A DNA stretch of 61,020 nt, filler included, from Syncephalis fuscata S228 (lineage: Eukaryota; Fungi; Zoopagomycota), in assembly GCA_025786725.1 (NCBI GenBank). It is 3 parts of 3 records of this genome, joined end to end, with 100 filler letters (N's around TTAATTAATTAA, not from the genome) between each part and the next. Parts side by side here need not be neighbours in the genome. Positions count along the whole stretch, not along the records: positions 28,087 to 55,192 come from JAHLTZ010000106.1; positions 55,293 to 61,020 come from JAHLTZ010000333.1; 1 more part is not named here. One strand, written 5' to 3'. Numbering within the stretch: position 1 is the first letter of the stretch; each line of letters opens with the position of its first letter. Below are positions 52,266 to 61,020 of the stretch, one piece after another. Under the pieces are notes generated by a model. That model did not search any database and was not told where the DNA came from. It worked only from the letters and a program-made list of their open reading frames with translations. The position numbers and the translations under genes were made by a program.

Positions 52266-54328
52266 ATGGCTCACAACGTTCCAACTATCCTTGCAACCCC
52301 TCAAACCAATGTCCTCACTACAAGTAATGGTATGTTAGATCTTCCGTGTCTGTCTTGTATATAGTATGCTTTCCTGTGCTAGTCATCGCTTTGCAATGCA
52401 CATTTAATTTTAAAAAGCTATTTGGCATTTCTCGCAGCCAAAGACTCACCTATAGTTGTTTCTTGTAGGTAATCCTGTGGACGACAACCAAAACTCATTG
52501 ACCGCAGGTGAATTTGGTCCCATTTTGCTACAGGACTTCCATCTCATCGACAAGATCACTCACTTTGATCGCGAGCGCATCCCCGAGCGTGTTGTTCATG
52601 CCAAGGGCGCAGGAGCTCACGGACACTTTGGTAAGTTATAAAAATGGAGATTGAGACTGGAAAAAATATTTTCTGGAACTGATACATTTTATTTTCGGTT
52701 TGTTGTATGTTTGGAAATTTGCCCTGGTTTTAATTGGCCATAATAATCATGCTCGTTAACTACAGAGGTGACTGCGAATCTGTCTCAACTCACCAGCGCC
52801 AAGTTCCTTCAAACGCCTGGCACCAAGACTCCAGTCTTTACGCGCTTCTCCACTGTCGGAGGTGAGAGAGGAACCAGTGACTCGCTTCGTGACGTTCGTG
52901 GCTTCGCAGTCAAGTTTTACACTAAGGAGGGCAACTGGGACATGGTTGGAATCAATACACCAGTCTTTTGGATGTAAGTAATAATCCCAAGCCGTTACAA
53001 CAAAAGCATATTGATGTTATACACGATACTCTAACGCTCACGGACCTTCTTACATAGCCGAGACCCCCTCAAGTTTCCCGATCTTAACCACTCCCAGAAG
53101 CGTCATCCTCAAACTAACTTGAAAGATGCTGATATGTTTTGGGACTTTTTGTCACTCACTCCCGAGTCACTTCATCAGGTCACAATCATATTCTCCAACC
53201 GTGGTACCCCCTACTCGCATCGCCACATGCATGGATTCGCGACCCACACGTTCAGGCTCGTCAACGCCCAGGGTGTTGCTCACTATGTCAAATGGCACTT
53301 CAAGACTGATCAGGGCATCAAGAATCATACTAGCGAGGAGGCAGCCAAACTCGATGGCTCCGACCCAGACAGCAACACTAAGGACTTGTTTAATGCCATC
53401 GAAAAGGGTGATTTCCCTTCGTGGAGCGTCTATCTCCAGTAAGTTTCTGGTTTATTCTTGCTCATCCATCGCATTGTCACTGTTGTGGCCATTAGCATTT
53501 GATTTTAATTATGCTTTTTTTTATTATTTCTTGTAACATTACTTTAGAGTCATGAAGGAGGAAGATGCCGCAAACTACAAATGGAACATTTTTGGTAAGG
53601 TCTTGTATGACAAAAAAGAATTCGATCATAATAGCGCAAAAAACTTTAATTCAAAAACTAACTACAATTCATTACTTTGAATGACAGATGACACCAAGAT
53701 CTGGCCTCATGCTGACTATCCTCTTCAAAAAATCGGCAAGTTAACTTTGGACCGTAATCCAAGCAACTACTTTGCCGAGGTTGAACAGGCTGCTTTCTCT
53801 CCTTCGTCTATGGTGCCTGGTATTGACGTTTCAAATGACAGGATTTTTCAGGCTCGTTTGTTCTCGTATCCCGACACTGAACGCCACCGTCTCGGCTCCA
53901 ACTTCCAACAGTTACCCATTAATCAACCATACCGCGCCAAGATTAGCAACTACCAACGTGATGGCCAGGGAACCTACTCTGAGAACTTTGGAGCTCATCC
54001 CAATTATGAGCCCCAGAGTCAGGACCCCAATGGTCCTCAACAGCAGTCGCAGGATATCCGTGCCAAGTTTGCATCATTTAACTTAAGCGGAAAGACTGGT
54101 CGCTATCCTTACCGCAAGTTGGAGGATGACTTCATACAGCCACGCAACTTGTACCACCTGTTGCAGGGCAAGGAGCAGGATGATTTGATCAATAATATTG
54201 TTGGACATATTAAGCATGTTAAAAATCCCGAGATTATCAAGCGCCAGATTGCATTGTTCGCCAAAGCTGATCCCGAGTGGGGTCGTCGTGTTGAGGAGGG
54301 AGTTAAGACAGCTGGTAAGAAGCTTTAA
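52266..54328 (+). CDS. Small-subunit monofunctional heme catalase (clade 3 type), 6 exons, PTS1-like -KKL end
   Basis: [59 protein letters not shown] (proximal Tyr). Confidence 0.96.
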
Positions 54329-55192
54329 GGCCAGGACATGGGGCCGATGCGCCATTAATTAAGTCATGATGGCGCTTGTACATAACATTAAAATAAATTT
54401 CCAATGAAATGGAAGGCTCCTGGAATGATTATTAAGTGGTAGTGTTTCTTCTTTTTTATAACACTATTTTTTCTTCATTTGGTATTCCGAGCTGGATGTA
54501 ACTTCTTGCGCGTCCCATTCCTCTCCATCCCTTCAACCGTATGCAACTGCCTTTTCCTTTTGTCAAAAAGCACTATCTGCTTGCAAAAAGTAGTTGGAGT
54601 ATTGGTCAGACAACCATTTCTCTAAATCAATTTTTCTTCTTATAAATTTCAATTGAATGGATCGAATAGACTCGAGATCTCATTGATAAATATTGCCTGA
54701 AACCGTTGATTAATCAAAGTTTATCAACATTGACGTAATTGGTAATGTAATGGTTTTATGTAAGTTGTTATGGTAGATGGAATGGTAGATGGCAAATTAT
54801 GTATAAAATAATGAGTAGTTTTGATGGCCAAATGGCTTAACCTTTTAATACACATCATTGTAAATTCACCCATTAACTGAATAGTTTACAATTTACGTCG
54901 TTGTTTTCTTTTCTCTTTCTACACTTGACAGCATTTATATATTGGATATACATTCTATTGTCAACTATTTCACAATAACCTGGTAGATAATAATAAACAA
55001 CTATTGCTGTTTTAAGCCATTTGTCTTTTGGCCCAATGTTGCTCTAATGTATATATCCAAAGTTAGAGCATTAATATTGTTATTGGCATTAACGTTATTA
55101 TAACATATAACATAAAGGCTTTTTAAAAAGAGACTAGGCATAATACATATTAGCAATATAAAGAATATTTAATAAATAAAATAGAAACTATC

Positions 55193-55292
55193 NNNNNNNN
55201 NNNNNNNNNNNNNNNNNNNNNNNNNNNNNNNNNNNNTTAATTAATTAANNNNNNNNNNNNNNNNNNNNNNNNNNNNNNNNNNNNNNNNNNNN
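55193..55292. other. Artificial contig-join linker
   Basis: Same N-TTAATTAATTAA-N structure as at 27987. Confidence 0.97.
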
Positions 55293-56384
55293 CTTTACGT
55301 ATTATGTTTATTAATGGACTGAATCACGAAGTTAAATACGAAGTACAAAAAGCTACACCGTCTACATTACAATCAGCCATAGAAGTGGCTACTCATTTTG
55401 ATTCGTTACGCAAGTACATTGGCAAATCATCAACTAACAACGTTCGCCATAACACACCTCGTCCAACGCAACAACAACAGTTTCGCCCTCCGATTAACAC
55501 ACAACCAAGAAATGGCCCTATACCAATGGAACTAGACACCATTAATCGGTTACCCCACTCACTGATGCTGAACGCGAAACGTTACGACAAAACGGCGGCT
55601 GTTTCCGCTGTCGCCAATATGGCCACATCATGCGTTTTTGTCCTTTGAATACGGGAAAAGTCCAGCACCAGTAGTGTCAGCATCACAACCTACTGGTGCC
55701 CAACTAAATACTATTTCTGTTGATGCCATCCCCCGATCCTTCTCTCGCTTACTTCTGATGATGAATTGCTTGTTTCTGCGCCATTATTTCCTCATGCTAA
55801 TGTTGTTGATGACACTGATGCACTTTTAAAGGAACAAAGTTTATTGTCACAATATCCACACGCTCACGATTTATTACGTATCAAGCTCGTTTATTAGGTA
55901 GAAAAGTTACGGTACTAATAGATAGTGGAGCAGCTGATAACTTTGTATCCGCAAATCTTGTGAAACATATTCGCGCACACACCATAAGTTAATACCCATC
56001 GACCGTACACGTGGCAGATGGCCGTTCGTATACGTGTGACCGCCAACTGGCTGGTGCGCTCCTTACTTCCACTGGTTACAAAGACCGTTTATCGTTTTTG
56101 GTTGTTCCTTTAGACACGACGTAATACTCGGTAAACCGTGGCTAGCCCGCTATAATCCACAGATAGATTGGTTAATTAACACTGTTACGTTTATGCATGA
56201 TAATCGACACATTGGTATGGCAAGCAAATGCACATAGACAACCAACCATATTGCCATTATCTGCCTTGCAATTTAAACGCTATGCTAAACGAACAGATGA
56301 TTACATCTAGCCATTGTACGACCAGCCGATAATCCGCTAAATGAAGTTGCTAATCACTCAAATGACCCATCCATCACTCCAGTA

Positions 56385-59303
56385 TTGACTGGATTACGCA
56401 ACGACTTTGCTGACGTATTTCCCGACAAACTACCGAAACAATTGCCGCCAAAACGTGATGGATTAGATCATCGTATCGATTTGATACCAGGCGCAACACC
56501 ACCCAGTAACGCCTTATACCGATTGTCCCCTCTGGAACTTAAAGAACTTAAAACACAACTTACCGAATTACTTGACGCGGGATATATTCGTCCTAGTATA
56601 TCGCCCTACGGTGCGCCTGTTCTTTTCGTCAAGAAGAAAGATGGTGGTATGCGCATGTGTGTTGATTATCGAGCGCTGAATAAAATCACTATCAAGAACA
56701 AGTACCCATTGCCAAGGATTGAAGATTTATTCGACCAAGTGTTAGGCGCAACTGTCTTTTCTAAGATAGATCTACGCTCTGCTTATCATCAACTACGTGT
56801 AGTAGAAGAGGATATACCCAAGACGGCCTTTCGCACCCGCTATGGTCACTTTGAATGGCTAGTAGTTAGTTTTGGTCAAAGTAATGCACCATCCAGTTTT
56901 CAAACACTGGTAAACTATCTATTTAGGCCATTACTAGACAAATGTGTTATTGTCTATTTGGACGATATTCTCATCTACAGTAAAACACCAGAAGACCACG
57001 AACGACACCTACGCCAAGTATTACAAATACTTCGCGACAACCACTTATACGCCAAATGGTCAAAATGTGAATTATTTAAGGATGAAGTTGAATATTTAGG
57101 CCATTTGCTATGTGCTAATGGTGTAAAAGCTGATCCAGCTAAGATAAAGGCCATTTCTGATTGGCCTACACCACGAAACGTCACTGATATACGCGCTTTT
57201 ACAGGCTTGGCCAACTACTATAGAAAGTTTATTAAAAATTACTCTGCTATAGCCACACCACTTACCGATCTACTATGTCAAGATCGTCGTTTCTTATGGA
57301 CCATTGAAGCTCAAAAATCATTTGATATACTAAAGAAGACAATGACCCAAGCTCCAGTATTACAAATAGTCGACGTACATCAGCCTTTCCGTGTAGAAAC
57401 CGATGCTTCTGGCTTTGCTGTAGGTGCTGCCTTGTTGCAGCAAGATCGTGATGGCCATTGGCACCCCATTGCTTATCATTCGCGCAAAATGAAGCCCGCT
57501 GAACGCAATTATCCGGTACATGAACAAGAACTATTAGCATTAATAGATGCTTTAAAGATTTGGCGCCACTACTTACATGGATCGTCATTTCACGCGTATA
57601 CTGACCATAAAACCTTGCAGTACTTCCAGAGTCAACCGAATTTATCAACCAGACAAGCAAGATGGTCAGAACTATTACAAGAATATGACGTATTGATCGA
57701 ATATAAGCCCGGGAAAAACAATATTGTAGCCGATTCATTATCCAGACGGCCTGATTTACAACTGTCCAGTTTAACTACTGTCAGTTTTACATATATTGAT
57801 CAAATTAAAAACTTGTACGCCAACGATGTTGACTTTGGTGAAATATACGCCCAGCTTAATACGACAACGCCACTTCCAGCTCTTCGTACCAAGTTAGTCA
57901 AGTATCGACTAACTGATGGATTGTTATATTTCAACGGTGATCGATTATGTGTACCTAAAAATAACCAATTACGTCAAGATATACTACACGATCATCACGA
58001 TGCCATCGTAGCCGGCCATCTAGGTGTAGATAAAACATACCTGGCTATTCATCGCCATTTTTACTGGCCATCACTACACAACACCGTCCACCGCTATGTC
58101 ACTTCCTGCGATACTTGCCAACGTAATAAGGCCACTAATCGACGACCAGGTGGCTTATTACAACCACTTGAAATACCTGCACATGCATGGGACTCAGTTA
58201 GTATGGATTTTATTACACATCTACCACTCACTGAAAAAGGTGCAGATGCGTTAATGGTAGTAGTTGACCGCTTTAGTAAACAAGCCCACTTCGTGCCTAC
58301 TACCAACACTGTCACAGCTGTTGACACCGCACGACTATACTTCGACCATGTATATCGTCTACATGGTCTTCCACGATCCATAATCTCTGATCGTGACCCA
58401 CGATTTACTAGCCGATTCTGGGAAGCCTTATTTGAATTTACCGGTACTAAATTAGCCAGATCAACTGCAAATCATCCACAGACTGACGGCCAGACTGAGC
58501 GAACCAACAGAACCATCGAAGAAATGTTACGTCATGTTATTAGCCAACAACAAGATGATTGGGATAAATACTTACCTGCATTAGAATTTGCCTATAACAA
58601 TAGTACTAACGCTACTACTGGTATTACACCTTTCTTCTCTGTATATGGACGTCATCCAATAACAACGACTATGCCAGCTGATAGCGATAATATAACAGTA
58701 CCAGCAGCTGAGGAGTTTTTACAGCGACTAGAAGCGATACAAAAGGCGGTAAAAGACAACATATCGTACGCTCAGGATAGACAGGCACAATATGCTAACC
58801 AACGACGTCGAGATGACACCTTCCAAATAGGTGATCGAGTAATGCTGTCAACACGACACACAATGCCACGACACGTAGCAGAACAGTCAAACTCCGCCCT
58901 TCGTACGCGTAAAACTGGCCCGTACACTATCATAGAGGTCATTAGTCCGACCGCGTACAAGATCGAACTACCACCAGGCATGCGCATTCACCCAGTTATA
59001 CACATCTCTCAGCTTACCAGGTATAAAGATCCGAACGTATTTCCAGGACGACCAACGGCAATTACTATGCCTATGCCAGAAATGATTGAAGGACAAGCTG
59101 AGTGGGAAGTGGAAAGAATAATAGGTAGAAGAACAAGAAAAGTGGGGATGAATGACGTGGAGGAATACTTAGTAAAATGGAAAGGATACTCAAAAGATGA
59201 CAGTTCTTGGGAGCCAATTGAAAACTTGCAAAATGCTCAAGAACTATTAAATCAATACGAACACTCCACACACATACGATTAGCACTTGGGACAAGCGCC
59301 TGA
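56385..59303 (+). CDS. pol: Pol polyprotein (RT, RNase H, integrase, chromodomain)
   Basis: 972-aa uninterrupted ORF; chromodomain EWEVERII...EYLVKWKGY...SSWEP.ENL. The upstream gag-protease part is frameshifted. Confidence 0.95.
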   Translation: MTGLRNDFADVFPDKLPKQLPPKRDGLDHRIDLIPGATPPSNALYRLSPLELKELKTQLTELLDAGYIRPSISPYGAPVLFVKKKDGGMRMCVDYRALNKITIKNKYPLPRIEDLFDQVLGATVFSKIDLRSAYHQLRVVEEDIPKTAFRTRYGHFEWLVVSFGQSNAPSSFQTLVNYLFRPLLDKCVIVYLDDILIYSKTPEDHERHLRQVLQILRDNHLYAKWSKCELFKDEVEYLGHLLCANGVKADPAKIKAISDWPTPRNVTDIRAFTGLANYYRKFIKNYSAIATPLTDLLCQDRRFLWTIEAQKSFDILKKTMTQAPVLQIVDVHQPFRVETDASGFAVGAALLQQDRDGHWHPIAYHSRKMKPAERNYPVHEQELLALIDALKIWRHYLHGSSFHAYTDHKTLQYFQSQPNLSTRQARWSELLQEYDVLIEYKPGKNNIVADSLSRRPDLQLSSLTTVSFTYIDQIKNLYANDVDFGEIYAQLNTTTPLPALRTKLVKYRLTDGLLYFNGDRLCVPKNNQLRQDILHDHHDAIVAGHLGVDKTYLAIHRHFYWPSLHNTVHRYVTSCDTCQRNKATNRRPGGLLQPLEIPAHAWDSVSMDFITHLPLTEKGADALMVVVDRFSKQAHFVPTTNTVTAVDTARLYFDHVYRLHGLPRSIISDRDPRFTSRFWEALFEFTGTKLARSTANHPQTDGQTERTNRTIEEMLRHVISQQQDDWDKYLPALEFAYNNSTNATTGITPFFSVYGRHPITTTMPADSDNITVPAAEEFLQRLEAIQKAVKDNISYAQDRQAQYANQRRRDDTFQIGDRVMLSTRHTMPRHVAEQSNSALRTRKTGPYTIIEVISPTAYKIELPPGMRIHPVIHISQLTRYKDPNVFPGRPTAITMPMPEMIEGQAEWEVERIIGRRTRKVGMNDVEEYLVKWKGYSKDDSSWEPIENLQNAQELLNQYEHSTHIRLALGTSA

Positions 59304-59318
59304 GAGGGAGGGGGGTAT

Positions 59319-59656
59319 TGTAACAAAAATTCTCCCTCTCATTTATTATTACCATTTTTAGACATTATGATCGGTGTTTAAACACACCGATCATCACACA
59401 TGGTCCACGATGAAGTTAACACTCCGCCACCGCGTATTGTTTTATCTTTATCTTTTATTTTCTTTTATTTTTATTTTATTTTCTTTTATTGTTCTACTTA
59501 GATATTCCATATATCCAATAGAACAATATAAATACGCGTATGATTATGACCACAAATAAAGACATTAGTTCACTTTCAATATTCATTTTTATTTTATATA
59601 CATTATTGTATTGTGACTCGTAGTAACCGCAACAGTTCGCTGTATCTACGGTTACA
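59319..59656 (+). repeat. 3' LTR (338 bp)
   Basis: Starts TGTAAC directly after the polypurine tract GAGAGGGAGGGGGG and ends GTTACA (6-bp terminal inverted repeat); contains AATAAA. Confidence 0.82.
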
Positions 59657-59660
59657 AACA

Positions 59661-59985
59661 CACTATTGCTAGCACGGTGAGCAATGGAAGATATAGAGAT
59701 AATGATGAGGAGAGGGTGAGAGAGGTGAGAAAGGAACAGTATATGCTTGGTAGCATATAGCCAGCATACACTGTTGCTAGTACGGTAAGTAATGGAAGGT
59801 TGGTGAAAAGGATAGGAAGAAGGAGGGAAGAGAAAGAGATGAGAACAGTGTATGCTTGGTAGCATATATCCAGCATACACTGTTGCTAGTACGGTAAGTA
59901 ATGGAAGGTTGGTGAAAAAAGGTTGAAGAGAAAGAGGAAAAGAAAGAGGAAGATAACCGTATATGTTTGGTAGCATATATTGCCA
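59661..59985. repeat. Three tandem units of about 108-109 bp with conserved hairpin core and variable purine-rich segment
   Basis: Units start at 59661, 59769 and 59878. Confidence 0.88.
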
Positions 59986-60359
59986 TAGTTAGCATACTAG
60001 CAGCTGCCCACAAGGTAAAACGATACCGCTAGCACTGCTGTATGGCGCCATACAGCAGGGCGGTATGTAGTACCAAGACTAGGCATGCTCATACTAATAG
60101 ACTAACAATGACATATAGCAAGCAAGGCATATACTGAACTTATGGAAACAAGTGCAAGTGGAAAGGTGGCTAGTGGATAAATGCTGTCAAGTGTGGTGGA
60201 TGAGAAAGAGGAACGTGTGACGCAAATCGTGTGCTATGCGATCGGCAGTCTGTTTTTATAGTGTGGGTGCAAGTGCTAATGTAATATGAATAAACAATTA
60301 TTATGATTGGTGCCAATTGACTTGTTTGACAGCACTCGCCCAGTCAAACTAAACGTTTA

Positions 60360-60555
60360 TTTTATTGAATAATCATTTTCATTAAATTATCAAATCATTA
60401 GATTATATTATGATTTGGGGTCAAATGACTATATTGATAACATTCGCGTAGTTGAACTGCACATTCAATGTATTGAACATGATGGTGGATGGTAAGTGAC
60501 GTCAATCATCAAATACTCATTGCTGTAAATGTATTGTCCAATATGCATATATCTT
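60360..60555. repeat. Repeat family A fragment (inverted arm), copy 3
   Basis: tattgaacatgatggtggatggtaagtgacgtcaatcatcaaatactcat matches the reverse complement of about 2637-2688 and 9586-9637. Confidence 0.75.
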
Positions 60556-61020
60556 CCATTTACTTGCATTATTCACATTCTGTTTATGCTGTACACTTTT
60601 ATAAATATAATGTCGTTGTACATCGTTATACAGTATACTGACCACACTCTATCGATTGGCGTTGTCCATTTGACCATAGCTTTATAGTTGAATTGGTCAC
60701 TCATTACACTCATTCGCTAATTACCGTGTTTACGCAGTCACAATTGGACACACTAAAATATTAATAGTAAATTAACGAAAAAATATACAGCAAATCCGAT
60801 TGGTTCTGCGTACTCAGACGACAATTCTGGTTATAATAAGCCAATAAAATGCGATGTGTAAATATTTATTGTTTTTATTCAGAATTGTATATGCATATCA
60901 TAGCAATATTGGTCAAATATTGGTAAAAATAATAAGTATACAAATAAATTTGTTTATTTATTGCTATAATTTGTTTATTATGATATTGTGTTGATTGGTG
61001 TATGGTATACTGGCTACTGG

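Larger units (their letters stand above)
55293..59656 (+). mobile_element. Ty3/gypsy LTR retrotransposon, chromovirus type, 5' truncated by contig end
   Basis: Gag PMELD and CFRCRQYGHIMRFC knuckle; protease LIDSGA; RT YLDD; RNase H TDAS; integrase HHCC and DDE; chromodomain; PPT and 3' LTR. Confidence 0.96.

Noticed and set aside
59661-59985. CRISPR array
   Set aside because: Eukaryotic context, no cas genes, conserved part too long, and the spacers are related low-complexity purine tracts.
59494-60013. Repetitive membrane-peptide ORFs (LPLLTVLATVYAGYMLPSI)
   Set aside because: Translations of the tandem array in shifting frames that run into the LTR; no independent coding evidence.
1-61020. 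tRNA/rRNA genes
   Set aside because: No cloverleaf or rRNA signature recognised by eye; tRNAscan-SE/Infernal would be needed to exclude them.

Overview
AT-rich eukaryotic DNA with many short (mostly about 45-60 nt) GT-AG introns. It is clearly fungal and most consistent with an early-diverging lineage (Zoopagomycota/Mucoromycota-like; the exact taxon is inference). The window is three contigs joined by artificial N-TTAATTAATTAA-N linkers (27987-28086, 55193-55292), so adjacency across these points is not reliable. Contig 1 carries a PTC7-like PP2C phosphatase, a kinase with a probable FHA region bracketed by a repeat family, an EF-hand MscS channel, two orphan genes, an SLC26 permease, a NUG1/GNL3 GTPase, a small secreted peptide, a degenerate PARP/ART-like gene and a truncated ARG8. 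Contig 2 carries two tail-to-tail kinesin-4-like paralogs (one with a C-terminal transmembrane anchor; both share a 238-bp near-identical patch), DUF1769, HTD2, a spliced gene of about 800 aa with four tandem actinoporin-like domains, a chitin synthase and a long-TIR element. It also carries a compositionally foreign, divergent GMC oxidoreductase + catalase pair. Contig 3 holds a chromovirus-type Ty3/gypsy element with its 3' LTR, followed by a hairpin-bearing tandem array. The best candidates for new biology are the tandem actinoporin-like protein, the putatively horizontally acquired oxidase/catalase module and the tail-anchored kinesin. All family assignments come from reading motifs by eye; no searches were run.
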